This document shows, piece after piece, positions 40,919 to 52,724 of a DNA stretch of 64,000 bases. Position 1 is the first letter of the stretch. Each line of letters starts with the position of its first letter. The notes beneath the pieces were generated by a model. The model saw nothing but the letters and a program-made list of their open reading frames with translations. It did no database searches and was not told the origin of the DNA. This stretch comes from an uncultured bacterium (GTDB lineage: Bacteria > Acidobacteriota > HRBIN11 > JAKEFK01), in the NCBI GenBank assembly GCA_963777505.1, contig CAVZQN010000008.1, positions 320,001 to 384,000 on the forward strand. The letters are read 5' to 3'. Position numbers and translations under genes: made by a program.

Positions 40919-40980
40919 GTCTCCAATAGTACCACGTAACCTGCCTGAAATCAATTGCTTCCGGGGGTAAGAGCCTGGAA

Positions 40981-42381
40981 CTATTCTCGATTTGTGGCTT
41001 GGTTTTTGAATACCGACAATCGGTGCTTTTTTAGAATCGGAATGGATTGCCGGATGAAGTCGGTATCCGGGAACAGTCTTTCCAACAATTGCTCATCTTG
41101 CATCCGATACAACTCACTGCGAGCTGGGGTCAGATAACCATGAAGCTTAACTGCATAAAGTGCGCCATAGATAGAATTTATGAAGATCAGAAACATTATT
41201 GTTCCACTGCAAAAACGAGTCCATCTTTTACTCTTCAACGTTACGTTAGACAGTTTCAGCAAAACCAGTAACGAAATCCAAAAGAGACTGGAGATCGTCA
41301 CATACCGCAGGTTAAGTGCGCTTTCAATTCCCATCGCAGATCGTCCCAGTGCACTCACTGAAGCTGTAAGAAGCACATACATTGAAAGCGCGAACAAAGA
41401 AATCAAAGAGCTATTCTTTCTTATTGACTTCGACTGATGAAGAAAATAGAAAAATATTCCAATGCCTATAGCACCAGCAAACGAAGAGGCATTACGGGGA
41501 AACCAAAATAGAAATTCTGGCAACGAAAGACCCTGTTGAGAAAGCCAATTTGCAACTGTTTCTGTTTTCTTAGTGAATGCAAAAAGAGGAGCGCCGGTGT
41601 ATGCAAGAACGTAATTGAACGCTTGCATTGGCCGCTGAAGAAAACTCCAAATTGATGGATGGTGGGAAGGACTCTCATAACCTGTGAAGTACAGTGCTAT
41701 AGAAACAGTTGAGATAAGCAGCCAAAACGCCAGAAGATTCCAACCTTTTCCAAAGTGTCTTATTCGTATATAGAGTATCCAGACTCCCAGCGGCCATAAC
41801 AATAAACCGTTCGCAAAAGTAAATGTAGCAATTAGGCCGAGAAAGGCAGCCAATATAGTTCGCTTCCAATTCAGTTGATGAGTTCCAAGAAATATCAATG
41901 CCCAGGTTACAGCAGCAATGTTCAAGAAAATTTGAATGTTATAACCATTGAACCAGCTTTCGGATTGATGAAGACCGAAAATGATAAATGAGATAGCAGG
42001 AATCAGGCCCAAGAGACTCGCTGAAAACTCTATCTCTGCTTTTTTCAGCAAAAAGATAATGCCAAGAAATGTAACCGACGCAATTACGAAATTTGTCAGC
42101 AGTTCATAGAGAGTGGTCCAATGAGATAGCTGGGCAAGAACGATTAAAATCAAGCGTGAAAAAAACGGTCTGTGTTCATTATGTAATACCCAAAGATCCT
42201 TTACTGTGAGTGTGCCGTTGTAGGCTTTGTCGAGCAGTGAAACGAGTTCCCACTGGTCGGCAACAGGCGCTTCGATCCTGTACTTCAAAAGAAAGAAAAT
42301 TAGAATGATTGGTGGAATGGCTGCCAATATTATGATCAGCTTCTTTCGAGGTGATTGTGAATGATTGCCGGTGGAATTCAT
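40981..42381 (-). CDS. GT-C-like multi-TM membrane glycosyltransferase
   Basis: PVADQW..LWVLHNEHR first loop, FANGLLLWP, ALGR and LRY motifs; ATG 42381 overlaps the upstream stop (TAATG). Confidence 0.6.
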   Translation of the reverse strand: MNSTGNHSQSPRKKLIIILAAIPPIILIFFLLKYRIEAPVADQWELVSLLDKAYNGTLTVKDLWVLHNEHRPFFSRLILIVLAQLSHWTTLYELLTNFVIASVTFLGIIFLLKKAEIEFSASLLGLIPAISFIIFGLHQSESWFNGYNIQIFLNIAAVTWALIFLGTHQLNWKRTILAAFLGLIATFTFANGLLLWPLGVWILYIRIRHFGKGWNLLAFWLLISTVSIALYFTGYESPSHHPSIWSFLQRPMQAFNYVLAYTGAPLFAFTKKTETVANWLSQQGLSLPEFLFWFPRNASSFAGAIGIGIFFYFLHQSKSIRKNSSLISLFALSMYVLLTASVSALGRSAMGIESALNLRYVTISSLFWISLLVLLKLSNVTLKSKRWTRFCSGTIMFLIFINSIYGALYAVKLHGYLTPARSELYRMQDEQLLERLFPDTDFIRQSIPILKKHRLSVFKNQATNRE

Positions 42382-43412
42382 TAAGATAAATACCGTTTGT
42401 AGACTTCCAGCAATCTCGGAAACCAAACGTGTTTTGAATACTGATTCACAACAGTGTTGCGTGCCGCAATTCCCATACTTTTTCGAAGTGCTGTGTTTTC
42501 AAGAAGTAATTTCAGTTTGCTTTTCCATTCATCTGGAGTTGCTGCCACAAATCCATTGATTCCATCTTCAATCACTTTTGTATTCACACCAATAGCCGTA
42601 GCAATTCCAGGAATGCCGGCAGCCATGTATTGCAAAAGTTTCATTGCGCATTTTCCTTTGCTCCATTCATCAATCCGCAATGGCATAAGTCCAATATCAA
42701 ATGAAGCGATTTGTTCAGATTCGCGCTCAGAATCCCATTTTTCAAAACGGTAAGGAACTGGAAAACTGCGGGGCGGTGACCCACTCAGAATTACAAACTC
42801 AGTTGGATAATGCTGTAATGCGTCCTTCAACACTGCGGCAATCTCATGCAAATACTTGAAATTATATTCGAGGCCTGACCAGCCAATAACAATCTTGTCT
42901 TGTGTCTCACGATCTAAAGGCTTGAACAGATTGGTATCAATTGTCGTTGGAATTACTTCCACATTTCTTTGAAATTGAAGAATGAACCTTTCCAGTATTT
43001 CGTTTCCAGCGACTACCCCCGAGGCTGCCTGAAACAATTTGGGAAGTTTTTCAGGGTGAGTTAAATAAATTGCATCGTCTATTTCAAGCAGAAATTTTCG
43101 TGGCAAGAATTGCTTTTCCAACACAAAGGGAAGATAAGGAAAAAGCTGTTGTTCAATAACGATCAAATCGGCATCGCTATTTCTCAAATGAAACAGCCGG
43201 TCTGCAAATCTTGAGATTGAATATGTAGATTTTCGCAGGACCCTCCGGGCTGAGATGGGATCACGGAGCGCTGAAAAATACTCTTCTTCAAAAAGTGGAA
43301 ATATCTCGAAGCTCCATCCAGCTTTACGAAAATCTTTTTGATACTGGTAAGCACGATAGCGGCTGCTCGGGCCGAGAAAAGAATATTTCGAATAGTAATG
43401 AACTCGGGTCAT
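42381..43412 (-). CDS. Glycosyltransferase family 4
   Basis: GPSSRYR, EIDDAIY, DIGLMPL..GKCAMKLLQYMAAGIP motifs. Confidence 0.9.
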   Translation of the reverse strand: MTRVHYYSKYSFLGPSSRYRAYQYQKDFRKAGWSFEIFPLFEEEYFSALRDPISARRVLRKSTYSISRFADRLFHLRNSDADLIVIEQQLFPYLPFVLEKQFLPRKFLLEIDDAIYLTHPEKLPKLFQAASGVVAGNEILERFILQFQRNVEVIPTTIDTNLFKPLDRETQDKIVIGWSGLEYNFKYLHEIAAVLKDALQHYPTEFVILSGSPPRSFPVPYRFEKWDSERESEQIASFDIGLMPLRIDEWSKGKCAMKLLQYMAAGIPGIATAIGVNTKVIEDGINGFVAATPDEWKSKLKLLLENTALRKSMGIAARNTVVNQYSKHVWFPRLLEVYKRYLS

Positions 43413-45037
43413 GTGCGAATACGAAATGCTCCATTTGCGACGCTTAGATTCGGACTGTAATATGGATCTCCTGACTCAATTCGATTTTTCCAACGTTCAA
43501 GAAAATATTTCGACTCTGAAGAAAGTCTTTCCTGTCTTTCAACTGTTGCCTCATAGCCGCGGCTGGCTGATTCATCGTGAAAGAGTTCAGCATGTGGAGT
43601 CCAAACAACCCTGTAGCCGCGATCACGAAATCTTAGACATAAATCGACATCGTTATAAGCGAGCGCTAAATTCTCATCAAACCCGCCTAATTCTAAAAAC
43701 ACTTTTCTGCGGACCATCATGCATGCAGCAGTTACTGCACTAAAATTTTGCACAGACTTCAGACGCCCCCGATAACCCTCGGAATCACCGGGCCAGCCAT
43801 GATGCGCATGTACAGCGATTTCAGGAATTCCAACAAGAATTCCCGCATGCTGAATTGTTCCATCACGATACAACAATTTCGCACCAGCAGCGCCAATGTC
43901 ATCCGTGCAACAATATTTGAGCATTTCTTCAAGCCAGTTGGATGTGATCACTTCAGTATCATCGTTCAAAAAAACGATGTAATCCGAATCTGTCTTCGAG
44001 ACAGCAAAATTATTGATCGCTGAAAAGTTAAACGGATGATCATAATCAATAACGCGAATTCGTGGATCTCTTTTGCATTCTTCAAAGTACCGCAGAGTTT
44101 CCTGATGCGAACTCTGGTTGTTAATGATAACAACATCGAATGTTGGATATGCTGTTTTGTCCAAAATCGAGTTGATCGCAGATGAGAGTCTAACCTTCTG
44201 ATCGCGAGTGGGAATCAAAATAGAAATAGATGATTGGTCGGAATGTGTGCTCGGTTTCGAAGCGTCGTAGTTTGGACGGACGCCAAAATGATAAAGCACT
44301 TTGGGAATTCTTACCGCTTGGACTTTAGTGTTAGACAATTCCGCAAGCCATGAACGTTCATCGTTCCAAAACTTCTGAGTCTTTGCGAGATCGGCTCGAT
44401 AGAGCGCCAATCTTCCTGTATAGGGAGAATTTTGCAGAAATTCTGGTGACCAATCAGGCTTGAAATAGGGTTCCACCCTTACATTTGCTCCATTGATCCA
44501 ATCATGATCGGAATAAATGAAGTCCAGATTCGATCGCCCTTCCAATAACTTCACAACTTCGGCCAATGCAAAGGAAGATAAGCTGTCACCTTGCGAAACA
44601 GGAGCAATCCACTTCCCCGCAACTTTATTTTGTAATTCCTTATCAGCGCTCCGGATACGATCATCAAAATCAATCTTGGAAAGCACAGCTGGATTGTCGC
44701 ATTCAATCAATATTTCCCAACGCTCATATAACTGATGGCGAATCGACTCTAATGTTCGTGAGACAAGCACAGCATCAGATGCATTTCGCAGAGTGAAAGT
44801 AACTAGAGGAGTATCCTTTAAGGAGACACACCAGTTTTTCATTTCTGCTAAGGAAGATTCATCTGGTTCATTCTTGCTAATCCATTTTTGATACAGCTCG
44901 TTTTCATCAACCGATTCGACGATTTTTAGTTTCCGTGTGAATGCGGAGAAAAAATCACGAAACCTGCCTGAACGAAGCAGAAAGATTGCGCGGGCCAGGG
45001 AAACGCGAAAGGAGTTTTGTCCAGAAGTAACGCTCAT
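43409..45037 (-). CDS. Glycosyltransferase family 2 (degenerate N-terminal + intact C-terminal GT2)
   Basis: FKPDWSPE, ILIPTRD, FNFSAINN, FLNDD, SAVTAAC and YNDVDLCL motifs. Confidence 0.9.
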   Translation of the reverse strand: MSVTSGQNSFRVSLARAIFLLRSGRFRDFFSAFTRKLKIVESVDENELYQKWISKNEPDESSLAEMKNWCVSLKDTPLVTFTLRNASDAVLVSRTLESIRHQLYERWEILIECDNPAVLSKIDFDDRIRSADKELQNKVAGKWIAPVSQGDSLSSFALAEVVKLLEGRSNLDFIYSDHDWINGANVRVEPYFKPDWSPEFLQNSPYTGRLALYRADLAKTQKFWNDERSWLAELSNTKVQAVRIPKVLYHFGVRPNYDASKPSTHSDQSSISILIPTRDQKVRLSSAINSILDKTAYPTFDVVIINNQSSHQETLRYFEECKRDPRIRVIDYDHPFNFSAINNFAVSKTDSDYIVFLNDDTEVITSNWLEEMLKYCCTDDIGAAGAKLLYRDGTIQHAGILVGIPEIAVHAHHGWPGDSEGYRGRLKSVQNFSAVTAACMMVRRKVFLELGGFDENLALAYNDVDLCLRFRDRGYRVVWTPHAELFHDESASRGYEATVERQERLSSESKYFLERWKNRIESGDPYYSPNLSVANGAFRIRT

Positions 45038-45061
45038 GCCGTACAGATGGGATTCATTAAA

Positions 45062-45835
45062 TCAAACGGCGCGGGCGACTCCCATGACATTCCAGGTAGT
45101 TTCATCGGGATCATGATCAAATTGCGGAAAACCTCCAAGCCGGATCAACTCCAAACCGGATTGTTGAAGAAAGAGTGCAAGTTCTTGCTGAAAGAAAAAC
45201 CGCATGTTGTGTTCTTCAGTGATTTCTGCTGCAACTTTTCCATCTTCAATTTTCCAAAGATGATATTGAACCTTGCAAATATGAGCCGTAGTATTCAACT
45301 CGCCGGATGCCACTCGCAAAATTTTCCCTTGCGGTGTAGGAATCACCTTGAGTCTTTCGGATGGTTTATTTGTTAGGACAGCAGGACCATACCAAACATC
45401 AAACAATGCAATGCCACCAGTTTGTAAATGATGCCGGACTGTTTTTAATGCAGCAAGCACTTCATTATTTGTATTTTGATAACCGAGTACTGCGAATAGA
45501 ATCAATGCAGCATCAAATCGTTTGCCAAGATTTATGCTCCTGATATCTCCTTGAATAAATTGAACGTCAGCACCGGGAGCATGTTGCTGCAGTTTGTTTC
45601 TTGCTTGCTGCAGCATTTCATCATGCAAATCTACGCCTACTAAACTGTATCCGCGTGCAGCAAGTGGAATTGTGTGATTTCCCGTGCCGCATCCAAAATC
45701 AATCACGCTTTGAATCCGGGAGTGACCTTGAGTTTCAAAAATCCGCTCTACAAGAGCACACTCCGAAAGATAATCCTTATCCGAATAAAGCAAATCGTAA
45801 GCTTCGGCGTAACCTGAACCAAAAATCCTATTCAT
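45062..45835 (-). CDS. Class I SAM-dependent methyltransferase (sugar-pathway type)
   Basis: YDLLYSDKDY, DFGCGTG and FDVWYGPAV motifs. Confidence 0.88.
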   Translation of the reverse strand: MNRIFGSGYAEAYDLLYSDKDYLSECALVERIFETQGHSRIQSVIDFGCGTGNHTIPLAARGYSLVGVDLHDEMLQQARNKLQQHAPGADVQFIQGDIRSINLGKRFDAALILFAVLGYQNTNNEVLAALKTVRHHLQTGGIALFDVWYGPAVLTNKPSERLKVIPTPQGKILRVASGELNTTAHICKVQYHLWKIEDGKVAAEITEEHNMRFFFQQELALFLQQSGLELIRLGGFPQFDHDPDETTWNVMGVARAV

Positions 45836-46956
45836 GACAATAGTTCCCGAACTGCGTCGCCAACCTGCTGCATTTGATCCATTGTTAACGCAAGACCCGA
45901 TGGAAGATATAATCCACGGCTCGCAAGTCGTTGCGCAACGGGATACTGTTCACCAACAAACAAGCCCTGCGAATGAAAGACTGGCTGTTCATGCATTCCA
46001 AGAAAAAATGGCCGTGTTTCAATTCCTTTTTTGTGAAGTGCTGACGCAAACTGTACCGCATTCATAGAAATAGAATCGGAAAGTACAATCCCATACATCC
46101 AGTAAACCGAATGTGCCCATTCTTCTTCAACAGGCAACTGTAATGCTGAAATATCTTTGAGTCTCTCAGTATAGTACGAAGCAATCGATCGTTTTTTCTT
46201 TATGATTTCATCCATTCGATCGATTTGAGCTACTCCAAGCGCTGCTTGCAGATTCGTGAGACGTAGGTTGTAACCAAGATCCTCATGAAAAAACCTTCGA
46301 GATGGCTGAAAGCAAAGATTCCTCAACGATCGCAATCGTTCAGCAAGATCTTCGCGGTCGGTTAAAATCATTCCGCCTTCACCAGTTGTAATCAATTTAT
46401 TTGCATAAAAACTGAAACAGCTCATTTCTCCAAAATTTCCGCACCGAATCCAGCGTTGTGCATGCTTGGAATGGAACTCTGCACCGTGTGCTTCAGCGGC
46501 ATCTTCAATGATGGCCAGGCCATGCTGTTCTGCAAGTTCCAAGAGAGGATCCATGTTAACTGGATGTCCATAAATGTGAACGGGCATGATCGCTTTCGTG
46601 CGTGCCGTAATGCGCCGTTTTACATGGTCAACATCCATGCACCATGTTCGCGGATCAGAATCCACAAGAACTGGCGTGGCTCCGCTATAAACAACGGCAG
46701 AAGCACACGAAATAATTGTGAAAGTAGGAAGAATGACTTCATCTCCGGTTTGAAGTCCTAGCGCTTCAACTGCAACTTGTAATGCAGCGCTCCCATTACA
46801 AACCGCGATACCAAATTTTCTTCCACAATATTCAGCCCATCGTTCTTCGAATGCTTCCAGGAATTTTCCGGCAGACGATACCCAACCGGACTGAATACAT
46901 TCTTCAACATTTTGAAGTTCACGTTTTCCCAACGAAGGTTCATTGACTGGAATCAC
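45832..46956 (-). CDS. DegT/DnrJ/EryC1/StrS aminotransferase (perosamine synthetase-like)
   Basis: IMPVHIYGHP, EDAAEAHG, FSFYANKLITTGEGG (PLP Lys), ETRPFF and LYLPS motifs. Confidence 0.92.
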   Translation of the reverse strand: MIPVNEPSLGKRELQNVEECIQSGWVSSAGKFLEAFEERWAEYCGRKFGIAVCNGSAALQVAVEALGLQTGDEVILPTFTIISCASAVVYSGATPVLVDSDPRTWCMDVDHVKRRITARTKAIMPVHIYGHPVNMDPLLELAEQHGLAIIEDAAEAHGAEFHSKHAQRWIRCGNFGEMSCFSFYANKLITTGEGGMILTDREDLAERLRSLRNLCFQPSRRFFHEDLGYNLRLTNLQAALGVAQIDRMDEIIKKKRSIASYYTERLKDISALQLPVEEEWAHSVYWMYGIVLSDSISMNAVQFASALHKKGIETRPFFLGMHEQPVFHSQGLFVGEQYPVAQRLASRGLYLPSGLALTMDQMQQVGDAVRELLS

Positions 46957-46959
46957 GAA

Positions 46960-47361
46960 TTAGAACCTCACTTTCTCTTCCATTCCTGTATAAGGCCCCT
47001 GTTTAATTTCTAACAGTACCGTATCTTCCATCATCCGGAATCCGTGTCCGCCTGCAATCATCAATACAGTATCGCCCTGCCTGAGCTCCAATGATGTAAC
47101 AAGCTTTCGCTGATCATCATAAATATCCATCGTGCATTTTCCTTTTTTGATAAAAAGGATCTCGGTGGTACCGGTAATATTGCGTTCAATGGGCTTATGC
47201 ATATGCCGTATCACTTGCCCACCTGCAGGATAGACAACAAAGCCTAGCTGAAGATTAACCTCGGGAGGCGTCACAAAAGTAGTTTTATCGGGGCTCAGTT
47301 CGTTTCGAATCACATAAGCTAAGAGTTTTCCTTCCGAAAAGACTTTTTCAGATAAATCCAT
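46960..47361 (-). CDS. WbuC-like cupin protein
   Basis: RHMH, TTEIL, GGHGF and EIKQGPY cupin motifs. Confidence 0.75.
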   Translation of the reverse strand: MDLSEKVFSEGKLLAYVIRNELSPDKTTFVTPPEVNLQLGFVVYPAGGQVIRHMHKPIERNITGTTEILFIKKGKCTMDIYDDQRKLVTSLELRQGDTVLMIAGGHGFRMMEDTVLLEIKQGPYTGMEEKVRF

Positions 47362-48657
47362 TTACCTCCTCCCTGCCAGATTCTGCTGGCGTGTCACACC
47401 TATAAGTTCCTTTGCTTCCAGAATCACATCGGTTAATCGATTCTGGAAGTCTTCAGGTGTATACGATGCTAATCTGTGTCTACCTTTTTCTGCAAGCCCA
47501 AGACTGTAATTCTCATCTGTCCATATTTTGCGGATCGCTTCCGCTATTTCTGTTTCGGATTTGGGATCTACGAGAGCGGCGCCGTCTCCTGCTTGTTCTC
47601 TAATTCCACGCATATTAGAAGTGATCACCGGACAACTATAAGCCCAGGCTTCAAGTACTGGAATATTCGTCGGACCATGAAACGTCGGCATCACCAGAGC
47701 CTCAGCCCCGGCGTAAAAAGCTCCAATATCTGCTTCGGGTAAATAACCAAAGTACTGAATCTGATCTACGATTCCATTATCTTCCGCAATCGTGGTCAGT
47801 TCCTCATATGTTTGTTTTCTGATTTGTCCTGCAAAGGATCCACATAAAACAATTGGAACAATCAAACGATATTCCTTTTTAAGAAATGCCAGAGCCTTGT
47901 AAATTCGAGCATGATTTTTATGCGGCCAGAATTGTGCTGGATAAAAAAGATATCGTTCAGGAAGTGAATAGAATTTCCGAACACGGTTGACTTCTTCCTC
48001 GGAAATTTTTGCAGGAAGATAACTGGCTGGTAGAAACGGCAACACCTTTACACGATCTGCAGTGACACCATAAGGACCATAAAAACGAAGGATGTCTTCT
48101 TTACCAACATCTGAATCCGCAAGAATGAAAGTTGCATAGCGAACTCCATTCCGAAATACATATTCACGCCACTGCACTTCATCATTTTGTGAATTTTCTG
48201 GAAATTCAGGCTGCAACAAATGCTGTAAATCATGGATCGCGATCACATAAGGGATTGCGGTTTCAAACGATAACGGATTTGCAGATGGATAAAGTACCAG
48301 ATCGATCCCCAGACTCGTGAGCCAATCACGCATTCGAGGTTTAGGCGTTATAGAATCCGGATCGGGAACTGTGAGTTGACTCCGATATTTTTCCCAGATT
48401 CCAAACAAGCCTTCCTCCCCGACTATTCTGCGAAGCATGCCTTTTGCGGCACGCTTTAACGAAAATGGCTTAGCCGGACGTATGCTCCATTGTTTCCCTG
48501 ATGGCAATAAATCAGGTTGTTCAATATCATCGGCAAAAATGATGAATTCATCTTCCTTTAACTTTGAAGAACGGCTGAGAGCCTGAAGGAGCGTCAGACT
48601 GTACTGATAGTGTCCCCCTCCCGAGCGGCTCAACACCGGAAAAATGCCTATCCGCAT
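47362..48657 (-). CDS. Glycosyltransferase family 4
   Basis: IHDLQH, FYPAQFWPHKNH and GPTNIPVLEAW motifs. Confidence 0.9.
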   Translation of the reverse strand: MRIGIFPVLSRSGGGHYQYSLTLLQALSRSSKLKEDEFIIFADDIEQPDLLPSGKQWSIRPAKPFSLKRAAKGMLRRIVGEEGLFGIWEKYRSQLTVPDPDSITPKPRMRDWLTSLGIDLVLYPSANPLSFETAIPYVIAIHDLQHLLQPEFPENSQNDEVQWREYVFRNGVRYATFILADSDVGKEDILRFYGPYGVTADRVKVLPFLPASYLPAKISEEEVNRVRKFYSLPERYLFYPAQFWPHKNHARIYKALAFLKKEYRLIVPIVLCGSFAGQIRKQTYEELTTIAEDNGIVDQIQYFGYLPEADIGAFYAGAEALVMPTFHGPTNIPVLEAWAYSCPVITSNMRGIREQAGDGAALVDPKSETEIAEAIRKIWTDENYSLGLAEKGRHRLASYTPEDFQNRLTDVILEAKELIGVTRQQNLAGRR

Positions 48658-48742
48658 TGACGCTCACAAGACAAGCAGCGACAACCCATGCTTTTATTGT
48701 AGCAAAGCCATCGGATGCTCACAGGGTACAATAAGAACTTGT

Positions 48743-50674
48743 ATGCCGGCTTACGTTCTCGTGCTGTTCTATAGTGCGGTTGCACTATTCTTTCCAGACC
48801 GGTGGAACTACTTACTCGGCCTTTTACTCGCTCTTGTATTGTATCTGAGCGCCTTGTGTTTAGGGCGAAGGATAGCGTCCCATTTCTTACCATTACGTCA
48901 TGAAACCATCTTCTTCCCTCTTGGACTCGGAATTTATTTATTACTCGCATACGGAGCAGCTCTAATCTCCACGGGCTTTGTTAATTACTTTTGGATTCTG
49001 GGAGGGATCCTGGCACTTTTTGAATTAAGAATATTGTTCCGCAGACTACCCGTTCAATTTCTGTGGGCACTGCCTTTTGTATTGCTGGGATTTTGGAGCT
49101 CACTCACGCCCTCTGTCTTCTTCGATACTTTGGTTTATCACCTTGGACTGCCGATGCAAGATCTGGTGTCCGGAAAAATGCAAACCCTTCCACATAATTT
49201 GTTTTCTACATTTCCTCCATTTGAATTTGTTTTGAATCTTCTGTTTGTAAAGCTAAATGCTTTATCAGGCATTAAAGTTTTTTCCATCCTGCTTGTATTT
49301 CACATTATTTACCTGCTCGTTGATCTAACAGCTCAGTTGATGAAAGAAGAATCCAATCAAAATCTGAAAAGTGAATTCATTGTTCTGCCTTTATTATTTC
49401 TGGCCAGTATCTGGACTCAAGTCCATCTTGTTACGGCAGACTTGCTGGTTGCGATGTTTTTGATTTCTGCAATTACTTGCATGATCAAAAGTCGGCTTGC
49501 GATCGATTACAAACTTGTCATAGCTGTTGCCGTTCTCGCAGCGTGGGCCGGGTGGACTAAACCTACTGCGCTGCCGTATACGCTCTTACTAGCTGTGCTC
49601 TGGTTTCCACTAAACCTGGTGCGGCTGAATCTAAAGAAATTCGTTTTGCTTTTCGCAATCATTTTTCTTTTGATCTGTCCGCTGTTTATTCGAAATTTTG
49701 TTTCGACAGGTGATCCACTTTATCCGGCACTTTCCACAGCTCTCGAAAACCCAAACTGGTCAAGGGAGCAACAACTCGCCTGGGATGTGGATACAGCGCC
49801 CAAAGAAAACAGGATTCAGAGAATTTTTGTTGCCCCTTTTGAAATCATTTTCGCATCTTACAAGTATGGATCTGCAGCTGAAGTTGGAATCTTTTATTTG
49901 CTCGGTTTAATTTCGTATGCATTTTTCTGGAAAAAACATCCTCTTGGAAATCGAATTCTAGTTTTTTTGATTCTTTGTTATTTGGCATGGAGTTTTCTAT
50001 TTCGAGACTTCAGACAGTTTTTTCCTGTCTTTTTATTAATTCATATTCCATGTGCTTTGGCTCTTCACGATCTTTTTATTTATAAGAAATGGCTTCCTGC
50101 ACTCATTCTGGCCATATCTGCAATTTTTAGCGTTCAATTGTTACTTCCCGTTTTCAGACATCACATTCCACTGCTTCGTTTTGACCAGAACCAGGAAATG
50201 TATTTGAAAGAAAACTTAGATTACTATCCGCTGACTAAATGGAGTGAATCGGTCCAGGAAAATGGAAAAATGCTGATGTTAGGAGAAACGAGAGTAGCCT
50301 ATTTGAAGGTGCCGGTTGTAGCGACAACAGCGTTCGACAAACACCCCTTTTTCAAGTGGTTATCCCAGGCGTCCAACCCTCAAGACCTCTATAAACAATT
50401 CAGGGATTCAAATATCGAATTTATGATGGTGAACTGGCATGAATATGCACGCTTCGCCGAAAAATGTGGTCTCTTGCCGGTTGATCCTGTTCCTCCAGCA
50501 TTTCGCGATGTTTTCAAAAAAGGAAAAGCCAGGACCGGTGTTCCGTTAGCGCATTTGACGAAACAGCAAATGGAAGTACTTTCAGAATTTTCGAAAAACT
50601 GTTTGATACCGAAATGGAGAATGGGAGATCAATATCTTGTTTGGGAAGTGCGTTGTCAAGATTTACCGCGGTGA
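48743..50674 (+). CDS. GT-C-like multi-TM membrane glycosyltransferase
   Basis: FDTLVYHLGLP loop, WTKPT, FIRNFVSTGDPLYP and FRQFFP motifs; start moved to ATG 48743 (MPAYVLVLF). Confidence 0.6.
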   Translation: MPAYVLVLFYSAVALFFPDRWNYLLGLLLALVLYLSALCLGRRIASHFLPLRHETIFFPLGLGIYLLLAYGAALISTGFVNYFWILGGILALFELRILFRRLPVQFLWALPFVLLGFWSSLTPSVFFDTLVYHLGLPMQDLVSGKMQTLPHNLFSTFPPFEFVLNLLFVKLNALSGIKVFSILLVFHIIYLLVDLTAQLMKEESNQNLKSEFIVLPLLFLASIWTQVHLVTADLLVAMFLISAITCMIKSRLAIDYKLVIAVAVLAAWAGWTKPTALPYTLLLAVLWFPLNLVRLNLKKFVLLFAIIFLLICPLFIRNFVSTGDPLYPALSTALENPNWSREQQLAWDVDTAPKENRIQRIFVAPFEIIFASYKYGSAAEVGIFYLLGLISYAFFWKKHPLGNRILVFLILCYLAWSFLFRDFRQFFPVFLLIHIPCALALHDLFIYKKWLPALILAISAIFSVQLLLPVFRHHIPLLRFDQNQEMYLKENLDYYPLTKWSESVQENGKMLMLGETRVAYLKVPVVATTAFDKHPFFKWLSQASNPQDLYKQFRDSNIEFMMVNWHEYARFAEKCGLLPVDPVPPAFRDVFKKGKARTGVPLAHLTKQQMEVLSEFSKNCLIPKWRMGDQYLVWEVRCQDLPR

Positions 50675-50680
50675 TAATTT

Positions 50681-52720
<2,040 letters not shown>

Positions 52721-52724
<4 letters not shown>

